The position numbers were made by a program, and so were the translations under genes. From assembly GCA_964653505.1 (NCBI GenBank), contig CAZZFN010000001.1, positions 1 to 53,539 of the forward strand: a DNA stretch of 53,539 nucleotides. Direction: 5' to 3'. The DNA comes from an uncultured Methyloversatilis sp. Its GTDB lineage: Bacteria > Pseudomonadota > Gammaproteobacteria > Burkholderiales > Rhodocyclaceae. Below, piece by piece: positions 1 to 11,793 of the stretch (positions are counted from its first letter, which is position 1; every line of letters starts with the position of its first letter). The notes under the pieces were generated by a model, which was not told where the DNA came from, did no database searches, and was given only the letters and a program-made list of their open reading frames with translations.

Positions 1-146
1 ACTTGGGCGCCGATTCGCTCGACACGGTCGAACTGGTGATGGCCCTCGAAGAAGAGTTCGAGTGCGAGATTCCGGACGAGGAGGCCGAGAAGATCACCAC
101 CGTGCAACAGGCGATCGACTACATCAACAACAATCTGAAGAAGTAA
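1..146 (+). CDS. acpP: acyl carrier protein (3' part, truncated by window edge)
   Basis: Frame 3 reads [41 protein letters not shown], including the DSL phosphopantetheine site; TAA at 144-146; upstream of fabF. Confidence 0.97.
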   Translation, partial: LGADSLDTVELVMALEEEFECEIPDEEAEKITTVQQAIDYINNNLKK

Positions 147-204
147 TGCTAAGGGGCACGGTGTGCCCTTTGCTTCCTTTTCCGCATCCCCTTTGGAGAA
201 AGCC

Positions 205-1437
205 ATGTCGCGTCGCAGAGTCGTCGTGACCGGCCTGGGGCTTGTCTCGCCGGTCGGCAATAACGTCGCCGACGGCTGGAACGCCATCCTTGCCGGCACC
301 AGCGGCATCGGGCCGATCACCCGCTTCGACGCCTCCGCGCTCAAGGTGCGCATTGCCGGCGAGGTCAAGGGCTTCAATGTCGCCGACTACCTGTCGCCCA
401 AGGAAGCGCGCCGCATGGATGTCTTCATCCATTACGGCATGGCGGCCGGCATCCAGGCCTTCCGGGAGTCCGGGCTGGCGGTGACCGAGGAAAATGCCCA
501 CCGCATCGGGGTGAACATCGGCTCCGGCATCGGCGGCCTGCCGATGATCGAGGAGACCCACAACGACTTCCTCGCCGCCGGACCGCGCAAGATCTCGCCC
601 TTCTTCATTCCCGGCACGATCATCAACATGATCTCGGGCAACCTGTCGATCCTGCTCGGCCTCAAGGGGCCGAACCTCGCCGTGGTCACCGCCTGCACGA
701 CGGGCCTGCACGCCATCGGCACCAGCTTCCGCATGATCCAGTATGGCGATGCCGACGCGATGGTCTGCGGCGGCGCCGAATCCACCGTCACGCCGCTGGC
801 AGTCGGGGGCTTCGCATCGGCGCAGGCCCTGTCCACGCGCAACGACGATCCGGCGACGGCGAGCCGCCCGTGGGACAAGGGACGCGACGGTTTCGTGCTG
901 GGCGAGGGCGCCGGCGTGATGGTGCTCGAGGCGTACGAACACGCCAAGGCGCGCGGCGCCCACATCTACTGCGAATTGGCCGGTTTCGGCATGAGCGGCG
1001 ACGCCTATCACATGACGGCGCCGGACACCGACGGGCCGCGCCGCAGCATGATGAATGCGCTCAAGGATGCCGGCATCGATGCCGACGAGGTGCAGTACAT
1101 CAATGCGCACGGCACGTCCACGCCGCTCGGCGACAAGAACGAGACCGAAGCGATCAAGCTGGCGTTTGGCGCTGCGGCGCGGCAGCTCGTGGTAAGCTCC
1201 ACCAAATCGATGACCGGCCACCTGCTTGGCGGCGCCGGCGGACTGGAGTCGGTGCTGACCGTTCTGGCCGTGCATCGCCAGGCTGCGCCGCCGACCATCA
1301 ACATCGTCGAGCAGGACCCCGCCTGCGATCTCGACTACTGCGCGAATGCGGCGCGCGATCTGCGCATCGACGTCGCCCTCAAGAACAACTTCGGTTTCGG
1401 CGGCACCAACGGCACGCTCGCCTTCCGGCGGATCTGA
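205..1437 (+). CDS. fabF: beta-ketoacyl-ACP synthase II
   Basis: [12 protein letters not shown] start after GGAG RBS; motifs [30 protein letters not shown]. Confidence 0.97.
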   Translation: MSRRRVVVTGLGLVSPVGNNVADGWNAILAGTSGIGPITRFDASALKVRIAGEVKGFNVADYLSPKEARRMDVFIHYGMAAGIQAFRESGLAVTEENAHRIGVNIGSGIGGLPMIEETHNDFLAAGPRKISPFFIPGTIINMISGNLSILLGLKGPNLAVVTACTTGLHAIGTSFRMIQYGDADAMVCGGAESTVTPLAVGGFASAQALSTRNDDPATASRPWDKGRDGFVLGEGAGVMVLEAYEHAKARGAHIYCELAGFGMSGDAYHMTAPDTDGPRRSMMNALKDAGIDADEVQYINAHGTSTPLGDKNETEAIKLAFGAAARQLVVSSTKSMTGHLLGGAGGLESVLTVLAVHRQAAPPTINIVEQDPACDLDYCANAARDLRIDVALKNNFGFGGTNGTLAFRRI

Positions 1438-1447
1438 GTCCGGGGCG

Positions 1448-1750
1448 GTGCGGCTGCCCTTCACTGTCGCGATCGCCCGCAATCGCTGGTTTGCCCGCCT
1501 GGTTTGCCGGGGCGACATTGTCGCCCTGACGCCGCGCGCCGATGGCCGGCTGATCGTTGCGCGGCGCGACGGCGGCAGCGCAGAGGCGGATGTCGAAGCC
1601 GATACGATGGTATCGCCCTGGCTGGTGGTGCTGCGCCTGCGCAGCGGAGGAAGGCGGGAATCGCTCGCCATTCCGCCGGCGGCCACCGGGCCGGAAGCCC
1701 ACCGGCAGCTGCGCGTGTGGTTGCGCTGGCGCGCTAGCGCCGCGGCCTGA
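1448..1750 (+). CDS. YgfX/CptA-like small protein (short form)
   Basis: GTG start; C-terminal '[10 protein letters not shown]...[12 protein letters not shown]' resembles the YgfX family; usual position between fabF and nadB. Confidence 0.6.
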   Translation: MRLPFTVAIARNRWFARLVCRGDIVALTPRADGRLIVARRDGGSAEADVEADTMVSPWLVVLRLRSGGRRESLAIPPAATGPEAHRQLRVWLRWRASAAA

Positions 1751-3329
1751 GGACGGTGTTGCGTGCCCTGGGCAGCAGGGCGGGATAGTCGAGACTGTGA
1801 TGCAGGCCGCGGCTTTCCTTGCGGCGCAGCGCGCAGGCCACGATCAGGTGGGCGGTCAATACCAGGTTGCGCAGCTCGATCAGGTTGTTGCTGACCCGGA
1901 AGCTCGCGTAGAACTCGTCGATTTCCCTTTCCAGCAAACGGATGCGGTGCTGGGCGCGTTCGAGCCGCTTGGTGGTGCGCACGATGCCGACGTAGTCCCA
2001 CATGAAGCGGCGCAGCTCGTCCCAGTTGTGCGAGATCACGACTTCCTCGTCGGCGTCGGTGACGCGCGACTCGTCCCAGCGCGGCAGCCGGGGCAGTCTG
2101 AATTGCCGCTGGGCGCGGATGTCGCGCGCCGCCGCTGCGGCATAAACGATGCACTCCAGCAGCGAGTTGCTGGCCAGGCGGTTGGCCCCGTGCAGGCCGG
2201 TGCAGGAGGCTTCGCCGAGCGCATATAGGCCGGGCTGGTCGGTGCGCGCCGCCAGGTCGACGACGATGCCGCCGCAGGTGTAATGGGCGGCCGGCACGAC
2301 CGGGATCGGCTCCCGCGCGATGTCGATGCCCAATTCGAGGCAGCGGGCATGAATGTTCGGGAAATGTTCGCGCAGGAAGGCTTCGCCCTTGTGCGTCATG
2401 TCGAGGAAGACGCAGTCGAGGCCGCGTTTCTTCATCTCGTAGTCGATCGCGCGCGCGACGATGTCGCGCGGCGCCAGCTCCAGCCGCGGGTCGTGCGCGG
2501 TCATGAAGCGCTCGCCACCATATGCGTCGGGCAGGCGCAAAATGCCGCCTTCGCCACGCATGGCTTCGGTGATCAGGAAGGATTTGGCGCGCGGGTGGTA
2601 GAGGCAGGTGGGGTGGAACTGGATGAATTCCATGTTCGCCACCCGGCAGCCGGCGCGCCAGGCCATGGCGATGCCGTCGCCCGTGGCGGTGTCGGGGTTG
2701 CTGGTGAACAGGTAGGACTTGCCGGCCCCGCCGCTGGCGATGACCGTGTGGGGCGCGCCCAGGGTGAGGACGCGACCGCCGTCGAGATCGAGCACGTAGG
2801 CGCCCCAGCAGCGCGGGGTTTGCAGACCGAGCTTGGCGCCGGTGATCAGGTCGATCGCGACGTGGCGCTCCAGCAGCGCGATGTTGGGATGCTGGCGCAC
2901 CTTGCGGCTGAGCGTTTGCTGGACCGAGGCGCCCGTGGCATCGGCGACGTGGATGACGCGGCGGGTGCTGTGGCCGCCTTCGCGCGTCAGGTGGTAGCCG
3001 CTTGCGTCGCAGGTGAACGGGACGCCCTGTTCGATCAGCCAGTCGATGGCGGCACGCCCCTGCTCGACGACGAAGCGGGTCGCGACCGGATCGCACAGGC
3101 CGGCCCCGGCGACGAAGGTGTCCTGGATATGGGATTCGATCGAGTCCGCATCGTCCAGCACCGCGGCGATGCCGCCCTGGGCGTAGTTGGTCGCGGTGTC
3201 GTCGATCAGCCGTTTGGTCACCATCGCGACCCGGTGCGTGTCGGCCAGCCGCAGGGCGAGTGTCAGGCCGGCGAGGCCGCTGCCGATCACGATGACATCG
3301 AACATCTTCTGGTAGTCGTCCCTGGCCAT
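1734..3329 (-). CDS. nadB: L-aspartate oxidase
   Basis: [15 protein letters not shown] motif, [40 protein letters not shown]; divergent from rpoE. Confidence 0.97.
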   Translation of the reverse strand: MARDDYQKMFDVIVIGSGLAGLTLALRLADTHRVAMVTKRLIDDTATNYAQGGIAAVLDDADSIESHIQDTFVAGAGLCDPVATRFVVEQGRAAIDWLIEQGVPFTCDASGYHLTREGGHSTRRVIHVADATGASVQQTLSRKVRQHPNIALLERHVAIDLITGAKLGLQTPRCWGAYVLDLDGGRVLTLGAPHTVIASGGAGKSYLFTSNPDTATGDGIAMAWRAGCRVANMEFIQFHPTCLYHPRAKSFLITEAMRGEGGILRLPDAYGGERFMTAHDPRLELAPRDIVARAIDYEMKKRGLDCVFLDMTHKGEAFLREHFPNIHARCLELGIDIAREPIPVVPAAHYTCGGIVVDLAARTDQPGLYALGEASCTGLHGANRLASNSLLECIVYAAAAARDIRAQRQFRLPRLPRWDESRVTDADEEVVISHNWDELRRFMWDYVGIVRTTKRLERAQHRIRLLEREIDEFYASFRVSNNLIELRNLVLTAHLIVACALRRKESRGLHHSLDYPALLPRARNTVLRPRR

Positions 3330-3357
3330 GGCGGGAGGACTATATCACGCGGGCCAG

Positions 3358-3385
3358 GGAACTTATCCCGCCCTGCCGGGTCATC
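3358..3385 (+). promoter_or_regulatory. putative sigma-E-dependent promoter of rpoE
   Basis: GGAACTT-16 bp-TCATC upstream of rpoE; perfect sigma-E -35 with a weaker -10. Confidence 0.55.
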
Positions 3386-3469
3386 GGGACAGCATAGATC
3401 TGGAGCGGGACGTGCAAAAAGAGAAGCCGGCTATACTGCTCGGTCAGTACATTCCAACAACGCCACGTC

Positions 3470-4069
3470 ATGGGAGAGCGGGAAGCCGATTTGCTGCTGG
3501 TCGAGCGGGTGCAGTCCGGCGACCGGGAGGCGTTCGGGCTGTTAGTCGGCAAATACCAGCGCAGATTGTTGCGGCTGGTGATGCGGCTGGTGCGCGATCC
3601 CGCCGAGGCGGAGGATGTGACGCAGGAAGCCTTCGTCAAGGCCTATCGGGCGCTGGCCAACTTTCGCGGCGAAAGCGCTTTCTACACCTGGCTCTATCGC
3701 ATCGGCGTGAACACCGCGAAAAACTGGCTCGCGGCGCACGGCCGGCGCGTGCAGACCGTCAGCACGATCGTCGATGACGAGAATGACGGCTTCGAGGAAA
3801 CCCTGCAGCCGCGCGACGAGGAAACGCCCGATCGCGTCCTCATGTCGCGCCAGATCGGCGAGACCGTGAATGCCGCCATGGAAGCGCTGCCGGAAGATTT
3901 GCGCACCGCGATCAGCCTGCGCGAGATCGAGGGGCTGTCGTACGAGGAGATCGCCCAGGTGATGGATTGTCCGATCGGCACGGTGCGTTCCCGGATTTTT
4001 CGCGCGCGCGAGGCGATCGCGGCGCGCTTGCGCCCGCTGCTGGACACGGCGCCGGACCGCAGATGGTAA
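3470..4069 (+). CDS. rpoE: ECF RNA polymerase sigma factor RpoE
   Basis: DVTQEAFVKAYRAL, FRGESAFYTWLYRI, GLSYEEIA, CPIGTVRSRIFRARE. Confidence 0.97.
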   Translation: MGEREADLLLVERVQSGDREAFGLLVGKYQRRLLRLVMRLVRDPAEAEDVTQEAFVKAYRALANFRGESAFYTWLYRIGVNTAKNWLAAHGRRVQTVSTIVDDENDGFEETLQPRDEETPDRVLMSRQIGETVNAAMEALPEDLRTAISLREIEGLSYEEIAQVMDCPIGTVRSRIFRAREAIAARLRPLLDTAPDRRW

Positions 4070-4289
4070 TGAGCCCACCCCGAAAAACTCGCTGCGCTCG
4101 TTTCTCCCCTCAAGGGGCAAGAAAACGAGGCCGAAGGCCGAAGTTTCGAGGAACGGCCAAACTCGGGGCGGCCCTTCGTTTTCTTGAGAGGAGAGAGCAA
4201 TGAGCCCACCCCGAAAACCTTCGCTACGCTCGGTTCTCCCCTCAAGGGGCAAGGAACCCTTGGGGCGGCCCGGCGAGTTTCTTGAGAGC
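4069..4289 (+). repeat. two tandem copies of a palindromic intergenic repeat (family A)
   Basis: ATGAGCCCACCCCGAAAA..CGCT.CGCTCG.TTCTCCCCTCAAGGGGCAAG..GGGGCGGCCC..TTTCTTGAGAG at 4069 and again at 4200. Confidence 0.9.
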
Positions 4290-4856
4290 ATGGAACCTTC
4301 ATCGGACATTTCCGCCCTCTACGATGGCGAGGCCGAAGCGCACGAGCTTCGCGCGGCGGTCGGTCGCAGTCTCGCCGATGCCGAGCGCTGGCGCCTCTAC
4401 GGTCTGATCGGGGACGGATTGCGCGGCGAAAGTCTCGAGGCGGCGGATCTCACCGATCGGGTGATGATGCGAGTTGCGGAAGAGCCTGTCGTGCTGGCGC
4501 CGCGCCGGCTTGCGGCGCAGCATCGGCAGCATCCCCTGCTGGCCCTGGCGGCCTCCGTGGCCGGCGTGGCGGTGGTCGGCTGGCTTGTCCTGACCGACGG
4601 CGCGCTGCAACCGGGCGCCGAACCGACCCGGGCGAGCGTGCCCACCCAGGCGCAGGCGATCGCCGTCGCCGTCCCGCCGGCGCCGACGGATATGCCCCCC
4701 CACGCTCGCGACCCCGGCTCGCAGCCCCCCACCGGCGAGATGCGGGGCGACTTGCGCGAATATCTGCTCGCCCATCACGCGCATGCCGCCACGGTGCGCC
4801 TGGGCGATAGCGCGAAACAGATTCGCACCGTCGCGATGACTTCCTCCGCCCCATGA
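4200..4856 (+). CDS. rseA: anti-sigma-E factor RseA (alternative start 4290)
   Basis: ISALYDGE, WRLYGLIGDGLR, transmembrane LAASVAGVAVVGW, YLLAHH; follows rpoE. Confidence 0.9.
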   Translation: MSPPRKPSLRSVLPSRGKEPLGRPGEFLESMEPSSDISALYDGEAEAHELRAAVGRSLADAERWRLYGLIGDGLRGESLEAADLTDRVMMRVAEEPVVLAPRRLAAQHRQHPLLALAASVAGVAVVGWLVLTDGALQPGAEPTRASVPTQAQAIAVAVPPAPTDMPPHARDPGSQPPTGEMRGDLREYLLAHHAHAATVRLGDSAKQIRTVAMTSSAP

Positions 4857-4889
4857 GCCCACCCCGAATAAGCCGTTGCGCCCGTTTCT
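4853..4889 (+). repeat. truncated third copy of repeat family A forming the rseB start
   Basis: ATGAGCCCACCCCGAATAAGCCGTTGCGCCCGTTTCT versus copy 1 ATGAGCCCACCCCGAAAAACTCGCTGCGCTCGTTTCT. Confidence 0.85.
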
Positions 4890-5860
4890 GGGTCGCGGCA
4901 GGAATCCTCGCCGTCTCTTCGATGTCCCTGGCGGCGGCCCAGACCGCCGCATCCCAAGCGGAGGGTCTGCAGTGGCTCAAGAAAGTGTCTGCGGCCGCCC
5001 AGAAGCTCGATTACAGCGGCACCTTCGTCTATCGCAGCGCCAGCCGCAGCGAGACTTCGCGCATCGTCCATCGGGTCAGCAATGGCAACCAGATGGAAAA
5101 AATTGAGGTGCTCGACGGCAGCCCGCGCGAAATCATCCGGAACAACGACGAGGTCAGCTGCTATCTGCCGGAAAGCCGCATGGTGATCGTGGAACAGCGC
5201 AGCGTGCGGCGCGGCTTTCCATCCCTGCTGCCCGCCAGCATGGCCGGCCTGACCGATCTGTACCACGTGCGCAAGGGCAAGGTTGTGCGCATCGCCGGTT
5301 TCGAGAGCCAGATCGTCCGGCTCGACCCGCGCGATGCCTGGCGCTACGGTCATCAGTTGTGGGTTGAGATCAACTCCGGCCTCCTGTTGCGGGCGGACAT
5401 CCTCGATGAAAACGGGGAGGCGCTCGAATCGATCGCTTTCACCGACCTGCGCATCGGCGAATCGATCCGGCCGGAAGCCCTGCAGCCCAGTTTTGCCAAG
5501 GCGGCCAGGGACAGCTGGAAAATTCACCAGGCCAAGACACGCGAACTGCGCGACGATACCCCGTGGGTGTTTCGTGTCGATCTGCCGGGCTTCCGCAGGC
5601 AAACGGCTTTGCAGCGCAGCAAAGGCGGCGAGGACTACGGCATGCTGCACTGGGTCTACTCGGACGGGCTGGCGGCGATGTCGGTGTTCATCACGCCGCC
5701 GGGACGGCATGCCGAGGGCGGCGATGCGAGCTTTCAGACCCTGGGAGCGCTCAGCGTGGCGAAGCGCGTCGTCGATGGCCACCAGATCGTCGTCATGGGC
5801 GATTTGCCCCCGGCCGCGATCCGGCGCTTCGCCGACGGCATCGGGATGCGCGGCAAATGA
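4853..5860 (+). CDS. rseB: sigma-E regulator RseB/MucB
   Basis: Signal peptide, LDYSGTFVY, LDGSPREIIR, YSDGLAAMSVFI. Confidence 0.93.
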   Translation: MSPPRISRCARFWVAAGILAVSSMSLAAAQTAASQAEGLQWLKKVSAAAQKLDYSGTFVYRSASRSETSRIVHRVSNGNQMEKIEVLDGSPREIIRNNDEVSCYLPESRMVIVEQRSVRRGFPSLLPASMAGLTDLYHVRKGKVVRIAGFESQIVRLDPRDAWRYGHQLWVEINSGLLLRADILDENGEALESIAFTDLRIGESIRPEALQPSFAKAARDSWKIHQAKTRELRDDTPWVFRVDLPGFRRQTALQRSKGGEDYGMLHWVYSDGLAAMSVFITPPGRHAEGGDASFQTLGALSVAKRVVDGHQIVVMGDLPPAAIRRFADGIGMRGK

Positions 5861-6324
5861 ACGAGATGGACGGCGTCGTCGTCAGGATCGAAGGCGCCGA
5901 TGCCTGGGTGCAGGCGGCAGGTGCGGGGCCGGCCTGCGGCGCCTGTGCCCGGGGCTGCGCCGCGGGTCGCGGAACCCTGCTGGATGCCGCGGCGTCCGGC
6001 AAAGCGGGACTGCTGCGCCTGCCGAACACGATCCGGGCCCGGCCGGGCGACGCCGTGGTCGTCCGCGCGGCGCAAGGCATGGTGCTCAAGGCTGCATGGC
6101 GCGCCTACGGCCTGCCCCTGATGCTGGCCCTGGCCGGGGCGCTGCTGGCGGGGGCGCTGACCGGCAGCGACGGGCTTGCCGCCGCGGGGCTGGCCCTCGG
6201 CCTGGGCGCCGGCTTCTTGTACCTGCGCTGCAGGGGGCTTGATCCGTCGCGTGCGGAACCTATTTTATCGATGGTTTTCAAACACCCTTCCGTCGTTTCC
6301 ATCAAGGATCGCGAAACATGCTGA
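5857..6324 (+). CDS. rseC: RseC/MucC family membrane protein
   Basis: ATGA overlap with rseB; CGACARGC cysteine motif; AAWRAYGLPL followed by two hydrophobic segments. Confidence 0.88.
   Translation: MNEMDGVVVRIEGADAWVQAAGAGPACGACARGCAAGRGTLLDAAASGKAGLLRLPNTIRARPGDAVVVRAAQGMVLKAAWRAYGLPLMLALAGALLAGALTGSDGLAAAGLALGLGAGFLYLRCRGLDPSRAEPILSMVFKHPSVVSIKDRETC
6255..6282 (+). promoter_or_regulatory. putative sigma-E promoter for mucD/degP inside the rseC 3' end
   Basis: GGAACCT-16 bp-TCAAA, a near-consensus sigma-E promoter just upstream of the protease gene. Confidence 0.65.
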
Positions 6325-7802
6325 AAACGAAGTTTCAGTGGAGGCTAATGCCGGGTTTTTCGGCGTTAAGCAATGCGGCCGTAGCTAAAAACTGGATGCT
6401 GGCCGTCTGGCTCGGAATATTCTCGCTAATGGCACAGGCGCAGGCGCAGACGCGCGAACTGCCGGATTTCGCCGACCTGGCCGAAAGGCAGGGCGTTGCC
6501 GTGGTGAATATCAGCGCGACCCAGGTCGTGCGCGGCCACCCGCGCATCGGCGGCCTGCCGTTCGACGAGAACGATCCGTTCTACGAATTTTTCAAACGCT
6601 TCGGACCGCGCGCTTTCCCGGGAATTCCCAACCTGCCGCGCGAATTCGAGAACCGCTCGCTCGGCTCAGGCTTCATCATCAGCCCGGACGGTTACATCAT
6701 GACCAACGCGCACGTCGTCGAGGCGGCCGACGAGGTGATCGTCAGGCTGACCGACAAGCGCGAATTCAAGGCCAGGGTGGTCGGCGCCGACAAGCGCACC
6801 GACGTGGCCCTGCTCAAGATCGAGGCGAACGGCCTGCCGAGCGTGCGCATGGGCGATCCCGCGCGGCTGCGCGTCGGCGAATGGGTGGTGGCGATCGGCT
6901 CGCCTTTCGGCTTCGAAAACAGCGTGACGGCGGGCATCGTCAGCGCCAAGGGGCGCGCGTTGCCGCAAGAAAACTTCGTTCCCTTCATCCAGACCGACGT
7001 GGCGATCAACCCGGGCAATTCCGGCGGTCCGCTGTTCAACCTGCAGGGCGAAGTGGTCGGCATCAATTCGCAGATCTACAGCCGCACCGGCGGATTCATG
7101 GGACTGTCGTTCGCCATTCCGATCGATGTCGCCATGGAGGTGCAGGCCCAGTTGCGCGCCACCGGCAAGGTCAGCCGGGGCCGCATCGGCGTTTCCATCC
7201 AGGAGGTCACCAAGGAGCTTGCGGAGACCTTCGGTCTGGGCAAACCCCAGGGTGCGCTGATCGCCTCGGTGGAGAAGGACAGCCCGGCGGACAAGGCCGG
7301 ACTGCAGGTCGGCGACGTCATCCTGCGCTTCAACGACAGGCCGGTGACCCAGTCTGCCGACCTGCCGCGACTGGTCGGCGCAACCAAGCCGGGGGTCAAG
7401 GCGTCGCTCCAGGTCTGGCGCAACGGCGCCGTGCGCGACCTGGCGGTCACCGTAGGCGAAATGCCCGATGAGCAGGTGGCACGCAACCAGCGGCGCGGCA
7501 AGCCGGCGGAAGCCGCGCCGACGAACCGGCTCGGCCTGGTGCTGGTCGAGCCGACAGCGGAGCAGAGGCGCCAGCTCGGCATCCGCCATGGCCTGATCGT
7601 CGAGGAAGTCCGCAATGGCGCCCGCGGCGACCTGCGGCCGGGCGACACGATCCTGGCGCTGGTGCAAAAAGGCGCCCAGACCGAGGTGCGCACGGTGGAG
7701 CAGTTCAACGCCCTGCTGGCCAAGACGGAGGGCAGCGTGACCCTGCTGGTGCGGCGTGGCGGCAGCCAGACCTTCGTGACGATCAAGGTGGGTGCAGGAT
7801 AA
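6318..7802 (+). CDS. mucD: periplasmic HtrA/DegQ serine protease (MucD); start uncertain
   Basis: GSGFII, TNAHVV, TDVALLK, INPGNSGGPL, two PDZ domains; follows rseC. Confidence 0.93.
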   Translation: MLKTKFQWRLMPGFSALSNAAVAKNWMLAVWLGIFSLMAQAQAQTRELPDFADLAERQGVAVVNISATQVVRGHPRIGGLPFDENDPFYEFFKRFGPRAFPGIPNLPREFENRSLGSGFIISPDGYIMTNAHVVEAADEVIVRLTDKREFKARVVGADKRTDVALLKIEANGLPSVRMGDPARLRVGEWVVAIGSPFGFENSVTAGIVSAKGRALPQENFVPFIQTDVAINPGNSGGPLFNLQGEVVGINSQIYSRTGGFMGLSFAIPIDVAMEVQAQLRATGKVSRGRIGVSIQEVTKELAETFGLGKPQGALIASVEKDSPADKAGLQVGDVILRFNDRPVTQSADLPRLVGATKPGVKASLQVWRNGAVRDLAVTVGEMPDEQVARNQRRGKPAEAAPTNRLGLVLVEPTAEQRRQLGIRHGLIVEEVRNGARGDLRPGDTILALVQKGAQTEVRTVEQFNALLAKTEGSVTLLVRRGGSQTFVTIKVGAG

Positions 7803-7805
7803 CCA

Positions 7806-7887
7806 ACGCCGCATCGCCGACCTCGGACCACCCCATGTCGATGAAACACAAGCAGTTGCGGTCGGCACGTAAGGCGTTTCGTGTTAA
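7806..7887 (+). repeat. 82-bp dispersed palindromic repeat, family B copy 1
   Basis: 68/82 identical by manual alignment to 39597-39678; internal inverted repeat GCCGACC...GGTCGGC. Confidence 0.88.
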
Positions 7888-8128
7888 GCCGGTCCTCACC
7901 CTCTACGGGCGGGCCTACTGCCATCTCTGCGCAGACATGCTCGCCGCGCTGGAAGCCCTGCGCGGCGAGTTCGACTTTGCCGTCGAGGTGGTCGATATCG
8001 ATGCCTGCCCGGGGAAACTGGAGCAATACGACCAGCTCGTTCCGGTGCTCGCCTGCGCGGACAAGGAAATCTGCCATTACTTCCTCGACGCGGCAAAAGT
8101 GCGTGAGGTTTTGGCCGGCTTTCGTTAG
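7835..8128 (+). CDS. glutaredoxin-like protein (DUF836/thioredoxin fold)
   Basis: LTLYGRAYCHLCADM CxxC motif, VDID, VPVL, EICHYFLD; usual position before lepA. Confidence 0.85.
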   Translation: MSMKHKQLRSARKAFRVKPVLTLYGRAYCHLCADMLAALEALRGEFDFAVEVVDIDACPGKLEQYDQLVPVLACADKEICHYFLDAAKVREVLAGFR

Positions 8129-8147
8129 AATTCCGCCTCGCTTTTTG

Positions 8148-8172
8148 AAAAGCGCCGCGCGGCGCTTTTTTT
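8148..8172 (+). terminator. terminator-like hairpin immediately before lepA
   Basis: AAAAGCGCC-GCGC-GGCGCTTTTTTT. Confidence 0.55.
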
Positions 8173-9962
<1,790 letters not shown>

Positions 9963-9966
<4 letters not shown>

Positions 9967-10751
9967 ACTTCGCCTTGATCCTGTTTGTCCTGCTGGTCGC
10001 CAGCGCGGTGCTCTGGCTGGCCGATCGCTTCCATTACCGCAAGCGGCGCGCTGCCGGCGCCAAGGAGCCGCTCTGGGTCGAGTATGGCGCGAGTTTCTTC
10101 CCGGTCATCCTGATCGTCTTCCTGCTGCGCTCCTTCCTCGTCGAACCGTTCAAGATTCCTTCCGGATCGATGCTGCCCACTCTGGTGGTCGGCGACTTCA
10201 TCGCGGTCAACAAATTCGTCTATGGCATTCGCCTGCCCGTCATCAACAAGAAGATCGTCGAGGTCGGCGCACCGCAGCGCGGCGATGTCGCGGTGTTCCG
10301 CTATCCGCCCGATCCTTCCCTCGATTACATCAAGCGCGTGGTCGGCGTGCCGGGCGACCGCGTGGCCTGGCAGAACAAGCGCCTGACCATCAACGGCACG
10401 CCGGTGGAATTGCGCCGCGACGGCGAGTATTTCGACGCCGAGCGCCTGTTTTACACCCCGCGCTACGCGGAGACGCTCGGCGCAAAACCCCACATGCTCC
10501 TGATCGAGGACGACGCGCCGGCCTACGTGCCCCATGTGATGCAGTATCCCCTGCGCGACAAATGCAACTACAATGCCGCCGGGGTTATTTGCGAGGTGCC
10601 GCCCGGCCATTACTTCGTTATGGGCGACAACCGCGACAATTCTCAGGACAGCCGCGTGTGGGGCTTCGTGCCCGACGCAAACCTGGTCGGCAAGGCGTTC
10701 TACATCTGGTTCAATTTCCGCGACCCGAAACGCATCGGCAGTTTCCGCTGA
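9963..10751 (+). CDS. lepB: signal peptidase I
   Basis: [33 protein letters not shown]. Confidence 0.98.
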
Positions 10752-10765
10752 CAAGGAGAGGAAGG

Positions 10766-11122
10766 ATGAAGACAGGACAAGGTGGCATGACCCTCGCCGG
10801 CCTGCTGGTCGGCGCTTTCGTGGTCGCGGCGGGAGCCCTGCTGGGCATGAAGGTGGTTCCCGAATACCTGGAGCACCGCCAGATCCTCGGCGCCATCAAG
10901 AAGGTCGCCGCGGACGCGGGAGCGGAGACGAGCGTCCGCCAGCTGCGCGACGCCTTCGACCGCCAGGCCAACGTCGATTACATCACGGCGATCGCCGGCA
11001 CCGATCTCGAGATCGTCAGGGAAGGCGGCGGCGTCGTGATTTCCTTCGCCTACGAGAAACGCGTCCCGCTGTTCGCCAACGTGAGCCTGCTGCTCGATTT
11101 CACCGGCTCGTCCAGGGAATAG
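10766..11122 (+). CDS. DUF4845 family protein
   Basis: Pilin-like N-terminus ([10 protein letters not shown]), C-terminal [17 protein letters not shown]; between lepB and rnc. Confidence 0.85.
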   Translation: MKTGQGGMTLAGLLVGAFVVAAGALLGMKVVPEYLEHRQILGAIKKVAADAGAETSVRQLRDAFDRQANVDYITAIAGTDLEIVREGGGVVISFAYEKRVPLFANVSLLLDFTGSSRE

Positions 11123-11124
11123 GC

Positions 11125-11793
11125 TTGTCCGCTCGGCTGGAACGGGCACTCGCCCACGACTTCGCCCGGCCGGAATTGCTGCGCCAGGCCCTGACGCACC
11201 GCAGCCACTCGACGCCGCATAACGAGCGCCTCGAGTTCCTCGGCGACAGCATCCTGAATTGCGCGATCGCCATGCTGCTGTTCGAACGCTTCCCCACGCT
11301 CAAGGAGGGCGAGCTGTCGCGCCTGCGCGCCAACCTGGTTCGCCAGGAGGCCCTGGCCGACATCGCCGTCGCCCTCGGGCTGGGCGACGCCCTGCGCCTG
11401 GGCGAGGGCGAGCTCAAGAGCGGCGGCTTCCGGCGCCCTTCGATTCTCGCCGATGCGCTGGAGGCGGTATTTGGCGCGCTCTATCTGGATGGCGGTTTCG
11501 ACACCGCGCGCGCGGCGATCGATCGGCTGTATCGCTCGCGCGTCGAGACGATCGATCCGCACCATAGCGGCAAGGATGCCAAGACGGCCTTGCAGGAGTG
11601 GCTCCAGGGACGCAGGCTGCCGCTGCCGCTGTACGAACTCGTCGAGACGCACGGCGAAGCCCATGCCCAGGAATTCGTCGTCGGCTGCAGCGTATCGGCG
11701 CTCGGCCTGGCCGTGACGGGACGCGGCACGAGCCGTCGCGCCGCCGAGCAGGAAGCGGCGCAGGCCGCGCTGACGAAGCTGACCGGCGCATGA
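11125..11793 (+). CDS. rnc: ribonuclease III (TTG start inferred)
   Basis: [23 protein letters not shown], dsRNA-binding domain DAKTALQE. Confidence 0.96.
   Translation: MSARLERALAHDFARPELLRQALTHRSHSTPHNERLEFLGDSILNCAIAMLLFERFPTLKEGELSRLRANLVRQEALADIAVALGLGDALRLGEGELKSGGFRRPSILADALEAVFGALYLDGGFDTARAAIDRLYRSRVETIDPHHSGKDAKTALQEWLQGRRLPLPLYELVETHGEAHAQEFVVGCSVSALGLAVTGRGTSRRAAEQEAAQAALTKLTGA

Noticed and set aside
124..3096. 990-aa minus-strand ORF and many other long alternative-frame ORFs (e.g. 28426-30705, 39699-41810, 42286-44649)
   Set aside because: Shadow frames of real GC-rich genes with no recognisable motifs, unlike the nested HNH ORF.
4069..4289. Tandem repeats considered as a possible CRISPR array
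   Set aside because: Only two long, unequal units, no unique spacers and no cas genes.
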